In this document: in pieces, positions 12,464 through 23,900 of the stretch
Layout of the letters: each line of letters opens with the position of its first letter
Numbering within the stretch: position 1 is the first letter of the stretch
Assembly (NCBI RefSeq): GCF_001194135.2
Contig: NC_068988.1
Location: 49,805,554-49,869,553, forward strand
Origin: Octopus bimaculoides
Taxonomy: Eukaryota
Length of the DNA stretch: 64,000 nucleotides
Direction: 5' to 3'
Program-made: the position numbers and the translations under genes
Notes under the pieces: model-generated
The model's database searches: none
Seen by the model: the letters and a program-made list of their open reading frames with translations, nothing else
What the model was told of the DNA's origin: nothing

Positions 12464-12675
12464 GGATGGCGAGCTAACAAAATCGTTAGCACGCTGGGCG
12501 AAATGCTTCGGGGCATTTCGTCTATCTTCTTGTTCTGAGTTCAAATTCTGTCGAGGTCGGCTTTGCCTCTCATCTTGTCGGTGTCAATGAAATAAGTACC
12601 ACTGGGGTCGCTGAAATCGACAAGCCCTCTCCTCCCTTACAGTTTCAGGCCTTGTACCTAAAGTAGAAAGGATTA
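12464..12675 (+). mobile_element. SINE, family C with tail type 1
   Basis: GGCGAGCTAACAAAATCGTTAGCACGCTGGGCG...TTTCAGGCCTTGTACCTAAAGTAGAAAGGATT. Confidence 0.85.
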
Positions 12676-12827
12676 TTATATAACAGAAAGAGAGAGAGAG
12701 AGAGATTGTGCAATCTAACGCGGTAAAGTCCATACTGCATTAATTCGGCATTTGACACACGTTGATATAAAGATGTTTAGGCCCAGGACAGCGTTCATGC
12801 ATGTAAACATTATAGTCAAAGATGTGA

Positions 12828-13001
12828 AAGCAGCGAGCTGCCAGTATTGTTACCTGGCAGCATTTCGTCCGTATTTCGCCGAGATCGACTTTCCTTTTAT
12901 CCCTTCGGGGTCGATAAAATAAGCTCCAATCAGGTAACTGGAGACGGTGTAATCGATTCGTGCCCACCACCGACAAAAAACCGGCCATGTGGCTAGAGTA
13001 G
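12828..13001 (+). mobile_element. Internally deleted family C SINE with a 19-bp target-site duplication
   Basis: Flanked by ATTA(T/C)AGTCAAAGATGTGA at 12809-12827 and 13002-13020 (18/19 identical). Confidence 0.8.
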
Positions 13002-13211
13002 ATTACAGTCAAAGATGTGACCGTTCACTTACTTCGTATAGCCACTAGTCCGTGATCCAAGTGTGATTTGAAGGAGGTTTGACTGCTACTTCTTGTAGCT
13101 CAACCTGCCCTGTAGCTGTTGCCTCGTCTTCTTGATGAGTGTATAATGACCATTACATTATACGGTATAATGACCATTACATTATCAGCAGCGTGATGTT
13201 GCAATGGTCAT

Positions 13212-13419
13212 CTTTCACTTGTTTCAGTCATTAGGCTGCAGCCAAGCTGGGACACTGCCTCGAATGGTTTTTTAGTCGAACAAATCGACCCAGTACACAT
13301 TTTTAAGGCTGATACTTATTCTGTCGATTACATATGCCGAACTACTACTACGTTACAGGATTTTAAACTAACCAGCACCTATTATCAAGCGGTGGGTTAG
13401 GGACAAACACAGCCACAAA

Positions 13420-13420
<1 letters not shown>
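13212..13420 (-). mobile_element. SINE B tail (head probably lost in the adjacent gap)
   Basis: TTGTTTCAGTCATTAGGCTGCAGCCAAGCTGG...AGTCGAACAAATCGACCC...CCAGCACC, followed by (CA)n and a gap. Confidence 0.75.
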
Positions 13421-13489
<69 letters not shown>

Positions 13490-14650
13490 NNNNNNNNNNN
13501 NNNNNNNNNNNNNNNNNNNNNNNNNNNNNNNNNNNNNNNNNNNNNNNNNNNNNNNNNNNNNNNNNNNNNNNNNNNNNNNNNNNNNNNNNNNNNNNNNNNN
13601 NNNNNNNNNNNNNNNNNNNNNNNNNNNNNNNNNNNNNNNNNNNNNNNNNNNNNNNNNNNNNNNNNNNNNNNNNNNNNNNNNNNNNNNNNNNNNNNNNNNN
13701 NNNNNNNNNNNNNNNNNNNNNNNNNNNNNNNNNNNNNNNNNNNNNNNNNNNNNNNNNNNNNNNNNNNNNNNNNNNNNNNNNNNNNNNNNNNNNNNNNNNN
13801 NNNNNNNNNNNNNNNNNNNNNNNNNNNNNNNNNNNNNNNNNNNNNNNNNNNNNNNNNNNNNNNNNNNNNNNNNNNNNNNNNNNNNNNNNNNNNNNNNNNN
13901 NNNNNNNNNNNNNNNNNNNNNNNNNNNNNNNNNNNNNNNNNNNNNNNNNNNNNNNNNNNNNNNNNNNNNNNNNNNNNNNNNNNNNNNNNNNNNNNNNNNN
14001 NNNNNNNNNNNNNNNNNNNNNNNNNNNNNNNNNNNNNNNNNNNNNNNNNNNNNNNNNNNNNNNNNNNNNNNNNNNNNNNNNNNNNNNNNNNNNNNNNNNN
14101 NNNNNNNNNNNNNNNNNNNNNNNNNNNNNNNNNNNNNNNNNNNNNNNNNNNNNNNNNNNNNNNNNNNNNNNNNNNNNNNNNNNNNNNNNNNNNNNNNNNN
14201 NNNNNNNNNNNNNNNNNNNNNNNNNNNNNNNNNNNNNNNNNNNNNNNNNNNNNNNNNNNNNNNNNNNNNNNNNNNNNNNNNNNNNNNNNNNNNNNNNNNN
14301 NNNNNNNNNNNNNNNNNNNNNNNNNNNNNNNNNNNNNNNNNNNNNNNNNNNNNNNNNNNNNNNNNNNNNNNNNNNNNNNNNNNNNNNNNNNNNNNNNNNN
14401 NNNNNNNNNNNNNNNNNNNNNNNNNNNNNNNNNNNNNNNNNNNNNNNNNNNNNNNNNNNNNNNNNNACTGCAGGAGTATATTTCGTCATGGACAAGTGAA
14501 TTTTGGAAGAAGGACCTTGTAAGTCTACCAGATAGCATTGCAGAAAATGAAGGAGTATATTTTCTATTAAAAATACAAGCTTTATCTTAATTTTGAAATA
14601 TAAAAGAAGTATGACAAAAACACATTATTTATAGGATGACCCAATATATA

Positions 14651-15503
14651 CAGGGTGCGATGGATAAGTTGTTGCGATTTTATTCTTTTAATTTCGCGCA
14701 TGCACATTGTTTGTGATTTCGTCGACTACACAGTATAGTAAGGTCAGTTGGGCACCGTCTGTGAGAAAAACAGCGCGATGATGCAATTCACTCTGCCAGA
14801 AATTTGAAAACGATATGCTGTACTGCTTGGTATTCGCGTCGGAAGCTCCAATACTAACACTTCGAGTGTTTGGGTGTTAATCTGAGGACAGTGCAATATG
14901 AGGACAAGTAGAGAGAGTGATAAAAATCAAACAAATCATCATCATCATGGTGTTTGGAATGATCACGTTATGCCTCTATTCATCTTCCCACACGGCCTCA
15001 CACCCAGCACGGAGGTTTACATCAAGTGCCTGGAGGAGATGGTACTGCCCTGGGTCAAGAGGATGGCTGCTGGAAGACCCTATTTTTGGCAACAGGACTC
15101 TGCACCATGTCACATAAGCAGGAGAACACAGTCATAGCTATCAGACAGTTTCTGCGACCACGTCTCCTCCTAACATCTGGCCACCTAACTCCCCAGGCTG
15201 CAACACACTTTATGTGTGGGGTGCAGTTGAGTGAGAGAACAACAAAACTCCTTGTAACACCAAAGTTGAACTAAAGGCAAGCATTATGGCAGCATTCACC
15301 AACTTAAACAAGGAGACCGTCCAGAAGAGTTGCAGGAGATTCCGAAGTCGTCTGGAGTCAGTGGCCAGTGACGATTTTATTGAATAATTTACTCTTTAGT
15401 ATTTCAAGATATCTTTATGCAATTTTGATAAATATAGCTCTTAAAATGAGATGTCAGTGTTATTTTTGCGTAATTTAGACAATAGTTTATTCACCGCACC
15501 CTG
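14651..15503 (+). mobile_element. Internally deleted mariner/maT(DD37D)-like DNA transposon, non-functional
   Basis: TA flanks; TIRs CAGGGTGCGATGGATAAGTTGTTG and its counterpart ...CAATAGTTTATTCACCGCACCCTG. Transposase remnants YFWQQDSAPCH and WPPNSPGCNTLYVWGAVE are broken by stops and frameshifts. Confidence 0.88.
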
Positions 15504-15572
15504 TATATATATATATTTCGGTGCGAAAAGTTTTGTTATACGGTGCCGAGATTTATAATCCTGTAAACAATA

Positions 15573-15798
15573 ATAATGGTATTTATATAAGCTTAAACCA
15601 TGTAGCGATCTCCGTACAATGACTAAGAAAATAGTCTAATAATGGGGCACATAAGCCCTCGACAGAAAAAAAGTAGGCTTTCCCATCCGCGTTGGACGCA
15701 AACCCTGTCGAGGGCTTGTATGCTCCATTATTAGACTATTTTCCTTAGTCATTGCATGGTGATCGCTATAAGCTTTAAGCTTACATAAATACTATTAT
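15573..15798. mobile_element. Fold-back MITE-like inverted repeat (~90-bp arms, ~40-nt spacer)
   Basis: Left arm TGGTATTTATATAAGCTTAAA...AATAGTCTAATAATGGGGCACATAAGCCCTCGACAG (15577-15665) is the approximate reverse complement of 15705-15794. Confidence 0.75.
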
Positions 15799-15799
15799 A

Positions 15800-17072
15800 C
15801 AGGGGTTGAACAAAATAATGGAAACACCTAGCATCATAGCATCATAATTTTGAAATATCTATAAAACCATCAAAAGCTTGTTTATTCTTATGTTTTTTTT
15901 ATTTATTATTAGTGTTGCTTAATATGTTTTGCTAAAATTGCTGTTTCTTTTCATATATCATCAGAAAAAGGTAATTAAAATTCATTAAAATGACAAATCT
16001 ATCGGACTTTCAAAGAGGTCAAATTGTTGGTGCTCGTATGGCAGGTGCTAGCGTAATGAAATAGACAAAATGTTTGATGTATTAAGAAGTACTGTCTCGA
16101 AAGTAATTACACCTTTGAGAAAGAAGGAAAAAAAACCTTCTCATCGAAACAAAACTCCGGAAGAAAACCAAAACTTTCAGATAGGGACCGTCGGACAGTT
16201 ACGCGAATTGTTAGAAAAGATCACAAAAGTACAGCTCCCCAAATTACTGCAGAGCATAAGGACCACCTGGAAAACCCAGTTTCCACAAAAACTGTTCGCC
16301 AGGTGCTTCACAAAGCCGGATTTCACGGGTGGGCTGCAATCAGAAAACCACTACTTTCAAAACCAAACGTTTCAAAGCGTTTAGAGTGGAGTAAAAACCT
16401 ACAGGGTTGGTCTTTAGAGAAGTGGAAGAATGTTACTTTCTGGGACGGGTCATCCCTTACCTTATTTCCGACCACTGGCCAAGTATACGTGTGTAGACAG
16501 CCAAAAGAAGCATTTGACCCAGACTGCCTTCTTTCAACTGTTAAACATGGAGGAGCACTTCTGATCTGGGTGGGGGCTATATGTTGGAAATCCGCTGGCC
16601 CAGTGGTTTCCCTTTATGGCAGAATTAATAGTCAAGACTATTTAAGCAATTTATTTGATCAAATTTATCCTATGGTTGCAGAACTGTTTCCGGAGGGAAA
16701 CACAATCTGTCAGGATGATAATGTACCAATCCACACAACTAAAGTTATTAATGAATGGCACGAGGAACGTTCTAGTGAAGTTGAACATCTTATCTGGCCA
16801 CTAGAGTCCTTCGATCTCAATATTATTGAACATATATGGTGCATTTTAGAAAAACAAGTAAGGAGTCGATATCCTCTGCCATCATCACTACAAGAACTGG
16901 TGACTGTTTTAGCTGAAGAATGGACAAAAATTCTTTTGGAAATAATTCAAACTTTGTACGAGTCCATACCTTGTAGAATTCAAGCTGTAATTATTGCCAA
17001 AGGCGCTTCTACTCCATATTAAAATAAATTTGTTTGAATTTTTAAGGTGCTTCCATTAGTTTGTCCAACCCA
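15800..17072 (+). mobile_element. Full-length Tc1-family DNA transposon with a frameshifted DD34E transposase pseudogene
   Basis: TIRs CAGGGGTTGAACAAAATAATGGAAACACC and ...GGTGCTTCCATTAGTTTGTCCAACCC. ATG at 15990 gives MTNLSDFQRGQIVGARMAGAS. ORF 16303-17022 has IRKPLLS, WDGS, TVKHGG, QDDNVPIH, DLNIIEHIW and GASTPY. A stop and frameshifts lie in the HTH region. Confidence 0.95.
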
Positions 17073-17116
17073 TACACACACACACACACACATACACATA
17101 CACATGCACACACACA

Positions 17117-17281
17117 CGACGAGTTTCTTACAGTTTCGGTCTACCAAATCCACTCACAAGGTTTTTGTCAGCCCGTGGCTATTGTAGAAGACGCTTGCTC
17201 AAGGTGCCACGTAATGAGACTGAACCCAGAATCGTGTGGTTGGGAAGCAAACTTCTTACCACGCAGCCACAGTTGCACCTA
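17117..17281 (-). mobile_element. SINE family A head abutting the Tc1 end and a (CA)n run
   Basis: Reverse complement AGGTGCAACTGTGGCTGCGTGGTAAGAAGTTTGCTTCCCAACCAC...GTGGCACCTTGAGCAAGCGTCTTCTAC. Confidence 0.85.
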
Positions 17282-17431
17282 TGTCTAAAAGTATAAACAT
17301 AGATATCAATCTATATTGCCTTAAGATAATGAAATGTCTATAAGGGATTTGAGCTGACAGCGGAAGTACACGCAATTATTTACCTGAAAATGTTTATCAC
17401 TTCACCTCCTTAATCAACATTGGTTTCTAGT

Positions 17432-17610
17432 TTTGGCAGAAGGCCAGCACTTTCTGGAGGTAAGTTGATTACATCGACCCCAGTGTTCAACTGGTACTTA
17501 CGTCATCGACCTAGAAAGGATGAAAGGCAAAATCGACCTCGTTTGAACTCAGAACATGAAGTCGAACGAAATGCCGCTAAGCATTTAGCCCGGCGTGCCA
17601 ACGATTCTGC
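17432..17610 (-). mobile_element. SINE, family C
   Basis: GATTACATCGACCCCAGTG...GAAAGGATGAAAGGCAAA...GCCCGGCGTGCCAACGATTCTGC. Confidence 0.85.
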
Positions 17611-17858
17611 TTTATACCTTCTTAATCAATATCATCAAGGTCTTCGATGTGCTTGTACTCCCTACAACACACAGAGACGTCATTCTTGCATACGCACTTT
17701 CTCCGCCAACAGAACCATCACTAAAACTGCCGCCAAAATCGAATCTGTTTCGTCTGCCAGCTGCAAAGAATGTTTTAAGTATATTTTGGTATATCGAAGT
17801 ATATACAAAATGCTAATACACCGTATCTGCACCGTACAGTTAAAGTGTGTTAGTATGC

Positions 17859-17897
<39 letters not shown>

Positions 17898-18511
17898 ATT
17901 ATGCGATGGTTTAAGCTTATGAAATACTATTATAATTATTTACAGATATATATATAATATGTATATATATATANNNNNNNNNNNNNNNNNNNNNNNNNNN
18001 NNNNNNNNNNNNNNNNNNNNNNNNNNNNNNNNNNNNNNNNNNNNNNNNNNNNNNNNNNNNNNNNNNNNNNNNNNNNNNNNNNNNNNNNNNNNNNNNNNNN
18101 NNNNNNNNNNNNNNNNNNNNNNNNNNNNNNNNNNNNNNNNNNNNNNNNNNNNNNNNNNNNNNNNNNNNNNNNNNNNNNNNNNNNNTATATATATATATAT
18201 ATATATATATATGCTTATACAGAGAGTCACAGAGAGAGGGAGGGATTCGTAAATAATATTTGTACATACAGTATATGAATGTGTATAAGTATATAGTTAA
18301 ATAAATAAGGTCATATGTATTCAAGAGGGAAGTGAAGGAGAAAAGGAGGAAGAAAAGCAGAAAGCATGCAAAGAGCGTGAGGGAGAATAAAAGAAGAGCA
18401 AAGAGAAAGAGATGCAGAGAAAGATTGATAGTGTACAGAGGGAGAGGAAGGAGGCAGATAATGTGAATATGTATAGTCTTTATATCTTACCAATGACAGC
18501 CATTGAAGGAA

Positions 18512-18543
<32 letters not shown>

Positions 18544-19319
18544 TGAGAGAGAGAGAGAGAGAGAGAGGGGGGGATATATCGAATTCTGTACACATATTAA
18601 GGTATATAAACAGGAATTTCAACAGACAAGTTAGTAGATAAGATAGATAGGTAGATAGATAGATAGATACATACATACATACATACATACATACATAGAT
18701 TTCGATAGTGATAAAAATAGAGAGAGAGAGAGAGAGAGAGACGTATTGATACAGTTATTGATTGATTGATTGGTGAAAACAGATAACTACAGACAAATAA
18801 ATAAACAGCTAGTTAAATACTCGCACGCATTCACCAAGAAACAAAAATAATAGAGAGGGAATTGAAAAAAAAGATCGAAATAAAGATAGGGAAAGAAAAT
18901 ACGTGTAATATGACGTATCATATTGCATTTTGGTTCCCTAAAAAAACATAGACAAAAATTTTTTTCTTCTAGTCTTAAGAAGTCTTCATTTTATTCACCA
19001 CCACAATCACTGCTATGTGATATATTGTAAAACCATCTTTTTATATTGAAACCCACACGATCATATTCACACTACATATATATATGTGTGTGTGCGTGTG
19101 TGTGCTTGTGTATATATATTTGCACACATAATCACACACACATATTACGTACGCATAGATGTATATATACATATATATATATGTATATACAAAGGCGCAC
19201 ACATGCGTATACATAGACACCGGTACCATTCGCACACAAACACGCACCTTGAACACCAAAGGTGAGATCGATAGCTGAGACGAAGTGGTGGCGGGTGAAC
19301 GGCAGTCAGAAGTGTCTGT

Positions 19320-19378
<59 letters not shown>

Positions 19379-19544
19379 NNNNNNNNNNNNNNNNNNNNNN
19401 NNNNNNNNNNNNNNNNNNNNNNNNNNNNNNNNNNNNNNNNNNNNNNNNNNNNNNNNNNNNNNNNNNNNNNNNNNNNNNNNNNNNNNNNNNNNNNNNNNNN
19501 NNNNNNNNNNNNNNNNNNNNNNNNNNNNNNNNNNNNNNNNNNNN

Positions 19545-19599
<55 letters not shown>

Positions 19600-20011
19600 A
19601 TGTATTATAGGTACGAACATATATGCACACACAGACTCACACAAAGAGAAATGTGATATATAAAATTTATGAGGTGGCGTTAGTTCTGGAGGTAGTTAGT
19701 GAAATAGGGGTGGCTGTATACACTCTCTCACTAATTCACGTACATATCTCTACGCCAATAAATCCTGTACAGAAGACTATGTGGTCGAAGAAAAAGATGA
19801 CGAAGTGGTATTTTGCTAGGCAAAGGATAAGTTTTTTACCTTTACACATACTTAGAAACATAGACAATCACGTACTCACATACAACGTACACATGCATAA
19901 TCATACGTACACGCAGGTGATTACACATATACACACATATACAATCACTCATGCACATTCATTTAAATATTCACACTCACGTACAAAACATACTTTGTTA
20001 TTCTCATTTAT

Positions 20012-20054
<43 letters not shown>

Positions 20055-21719
20055 TAGATACAAAGGCATTCACATCTGCTCGACATTCTATCTCTCACCC
20101 TCTCACCTTCTCAACCAAAGCAACCCAACCTGAAAGGTTTCAGTTACCTAAGTTTCTTCATTGCAGTTAATGATGTGAGGAGAGATGGAGGATGAAAGGG
20201 GGAGATGAGAAGAAACAANNNNNNNNNNNNNNNNNNNNNNNNNNNNNNNNNNNNNNNNNNNNNNNNNNNNNNNNNNNNNNNNNNNNNNNNNNNNNNNNNN
20301 NNNNNNNNNNNNNNNNNNNNNNNNNNNNNNNNNNNNNNNNNNNNNNNNNNNNNNNNNNNNNNNNNNNNNNNNNNNNNNNNNNNNNNNNNNNNNNNNNNNN
20401 NNNNNNNNNNNNNNNNNNNNNNNNNNNNNNNNNNNNNNNNNNNNNNNNNNNNNNNNNNNNNNNNNNNNNNNNNNNNNNNNNNNNNNNNNNNNNNNNNNNN
20501 NNNNNNNNNNNNNNNNNNNNNNNNNNNNNNNNNNNNNNNNNNNNNNNNNNNNNNNNNNNNNNNNNNNNNNNNNNNNNNNNNNNNNNNNNNNNNNNNNNNN
20601 NNNNNNNNNNNNNNNNNNNNNNNNNNNNNNNNNNNNNNNNNNNNNNNNNNNNNNNNNNNNNNNNNNNNNNNNNNNNNNNNNNNNNNNNNNNNNNNNNNNN
20701 NNNNNNNNNNNNNNNNNNNNNNNNNNNNNNNNNNNNNNNNNNNNNNNNNNNNNNNNNNNNNNNNNNNNNNNNNNNNNNNNATTCACACACCACATCTTCA
20801 TAAAAATAAAAAAATAAAAATACTCTCAAAGAAAATCTTGAAGATAATAAAAGAAGATTACCCGTTTCCTTTTCGTCTCTTTGTTTTTACGTGAAACAAA
20901 TAATAACGAAAGCTAAAGGAAACACGTTTTTATTTATTCCTATTAACTTTTTGTCTGTTTTACGTCTTTTTATCATTGTTATATTCCATTTCTTTGTTGT
21001 TTTACTTAAACCATAATTGAAAAGTATATTAATGAATTTATCTCACTTTATTCTTCTTATTCTTAATGTATTATCATTTCTTTGTCGCTATTATTGTTGT
21101 TTGTTCTTGTCTCAGAAAGAAGTGGCGGGGCAGTGATCAGAGTGGCGTTGCAATAACAACCACAACAACAACAACAAACATTGATAATTTTGCTTTACTT
21201 TGATAGTTTCTAGTTTCATGCTTATTCTCTGCGTTCGAATTCTGCTGGGATTGACTTTGTTCATCATTCATCCAGTATCGATAAAATATATTCTAGTATA
21301 ATATCAAGCTCGTTGTATTCTAATGTGCGGTCCGTTTGAATATCCAAATCTTGCTTATACCATCAAGAACGCTTTCTAGAATCTTCTACCACAATTATCA
21401 GACACTTGATATCCATACCTTACCTTTTACACAGCGGCCAGTAAAAGATACAGGTAGATTGAGGCCTTCAATTATGCTCCTTATTTAGCTCACATTTTGC
21501 ATTCACTCACTGTGTGGGTGACAAACTTGGCACTATTCACAAAGATGAGGAATTCTCACTTTCACCAAGATGTATACTTTTAGTGACTGGCTGAATATTC
21601 CAACGTTAACGTCTGATATCAGTTCCTGTTCAGACTTCTGAGGCAAAGTCAATCCCAACACATTTCGTTATTTATCTCAAATTTCTTTTGGTTTTGTTTC
21701 TTTGTTTGGATGGGGACAA

Positions 21720-21915
21720 TCAATCACATCGACCCCAGTACGCAACTGGTACTTAATTTATTGACCCCCGAAAGGATGAAAGGCAAAAAAAAAAGGTTAA
21801 CTTTGCCTTTCATCCTTTCGGGTTCAATAAATTAACTACCATTTGAGTACTGGGGTCGATGTAATCAATTTCCCACCCACTCCACAAAAATCCAGGCCTT
21901 GTGCCTATTTTAGAA
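21720..21915. mobile_element. Two 5'-truncated family C SINEs joined back-to-back as a hairpin
   Basis: 21720-21787 (minus) is the approximate reverse complement of 21802-21868 (plus), with a spacer of about 14 nt. Confidence 0.85.
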
Positions 21916-21933
21916 ACGAATATTCATCTCAAA

Positions 21934-22100
21934 TAAGGCGGCGAACTGGCAGGATTTTTAGCACGGCTGGCAAAATGCTTAGCAGCATTTCGTCCGCCTT
22001 TACGTTCGGAGTTCAAATTCCGCCAAGGTCGACTTTGCCTTTCATCCTTCAAGGTTGATAAAATACATATCAGTTGAGCACGGGGATCGATCTAATCGAC
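21934..22100 (+). mobile_element. SINE, family C
   Basis: AAGGCGGCGAACTGGCAGG...GGAGTTCAAATTCCGCCAAGGTCGACTTTGCCTTTCATCC. Confidence 0.85.
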
Positions 22101-22743
22101 TCACACCTTCACCTCAAACTGCTGACCTTGTGTCTAAATCTAAAACCTCTGTTTGTCTCGGATGTTATCCAATCAAATTGTCCATGCAATGACTTTGTAA
22201 CTAAAGCTTCTTTTTACCACAGAAAATCGACTGCTAAACTCTTCTTTATAATCCCATTTTTCGTGAACCGTTTCTGATGAAACTGGTTACAATAACCGGC
22301 CATCACGTTTATCAGACCTCTTTATGTGTTTCAGGTATAGCTGGTTTACATTGCTGCTGGTGTAATGCTTTGTACGGCCATCATATTTTCTCTTCTGTCA
22401 TCTATCTCTTTAACCTCAGTCTTAGTCCATTTAAAAATGCCAGTATTGTGCTGTACTTCCACATATGTCCTCAATGTTCATAGCAAGAAGACTGAGCCTT
22501 TTTGTACATAGTCGTCCAGTCAACTTGGGGCGTCGATGGCATCGGCTAACTCCTCGTCTGAAAATTGATGTTTTGTGCTCCTGTCCCCTTCATCAATGCC
22601 CCCGTGGCTAATAAAATAAATCATCATCATCATCATCATCATTATCACCATCATTATTATTGTTCCTGCTGTTTTTATGGCTGTTGTTGTTCTTCTTGTG
22701 AGTAGTAGTAGTAATAGTAGTAGTAGTAGTAGTAGCAGCAGTG

Positions 22744-22795
<52 letters not shown>

Positions 22796-23408
22796 GGATC
22801 TTTTTTAAAACGGGGGCCACATTTTTCATTAACGAGACACTTTGAAACTTGGAACACTGGTAGAATGTGTCATATAAAACATCTTTTTCTCTGAGTCTTC
22901 TTAAAAAAAAAAAGAAATCCATTAGTTATTCCATGTTAAAGTTGTTGTATTTCTGTAATTTCAACCAATCACTGACGTCCATTCAGCCGATATACATTAA
23001 GTGCCGACTACATAAACAAACGATTCTGAAACAATTAACCCTAACCCTAACCCTAACCCTAACCCTATGGTTAGGGTTAGGGTTAAAGCAAATTTAAGAT
23101 GAAAAAAGCAAATAAANNNNNNNNNNNNNNNNNNNNNNNNNNNNNNNNNNNNNNNNNNNNNNNNNNNNNNNNNNNNNNNNNNNNNNNNNNNNNNNNNNNN
23201 NNAATGTAAACAACTGAATACTTGTCAGTGATTGGTTGAAATTATCGAAATAAGACAATTTTTTACATGAAATAAATTCGAATACAAAAATATTTTTCTG
23301 TTCTATAACACAAAATAGATAAGTATACGAAGTTTGAAAGTCTTTCCGTACCAAAAACACTACGTAAAACATTAATGAAAAATGTGGCCCCCGTTTTAAA
23401 ATAGATCC
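22796..23408. mobile_element. Fold-back MITE-like element with central telomeric repeats, inserted in a (TAG)n tract
   Basis: TIRs GGATCTTTTTTAAAACGGGGGCCACATTTTTCATTAA and TTAATGAAAAATGTGGCCCCCGTTTTAAAATAGATCC. An inner inverted pair lies at 22953-22998 and 23203-23247. The centre has (TAACCC)5 then about three GGGTTA units at 23036-23085. Confidence 0.8.
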
Positions 23409-23411
23409 AGT

Positions 23412-23449
<38 letters not shown>

Positions 23450-23483
23450 TAGTAGTAGCATCATCGTTATTATTATTACTGAA

Positions 23484-23650
23484 AGGAGGCAAGCTGACAA
23501 AATAGTTACTGCAACCGTGAAAATACTTAACGGTACTTTTACCGACTTATAACGTTCTGGGTTCAAATTCTGCCGAGGTCGAATCTGCCTTTCGTCTTTT
23601 TTGGGACGATGAAAGAAGTACAAGCTGAGCACTGGAGTCGATGTAATGGA
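23484..23650 (+). mobile_element. SINE, family C (diverged)
   Basis: GGAGGCAAGCTGACAAAATAGTTA...GGGTTCAAATTCTGCCGAGGTCGAATCTGCCTTTCG. Confidence 0.75.
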
Positions 23651-23744
23651 AAGCACTTTTGTTGTTGCTATTGTAGTTGTTGCTATTGTTGATCTCTGTA
23701 GTAGTAGTAGCAGTAGTAGTAGTAGTGGCAGCAGCAGTATTGAA

Positions 23745-23900
23745 AGCTGGTTAACTGGCTGAATTTTTACAGCGCTGGACAAAATGCTTAGCAGCATTTC
23801 TTCCGACTCTTTACGATCTGGGATCAAATTTCGGTGACGTCGACTTTGCCTTTCATCCTTTTTAGGGTCGATAAAATAAGTACTTGTTGAACACTGGCGA
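23745..23900 (+). mobile_element. SINE, family C
   Basis: AACTGGCTGAATTTTTACAGCGCTGGAC...TTTGCCTTTCATCCTTTTAGGGTCGATAAAATAAGTAC. Confidence 0.8.

Noticed and set aside
13141-13186. Small tandem duplications (also at 49918-49961, 52614-52631 and 53535-53566)
   Set aside because: Ordinary slippage duplications of 10-24 bp; not CRISPR-like, as there are no spacers.
23036-23085. Telomere-fusion scar
   Set aside because: Repeat polarity is CCCTAA then TTAGGG, opposite to a fusion, and it sits inside a TIR-bounded element.
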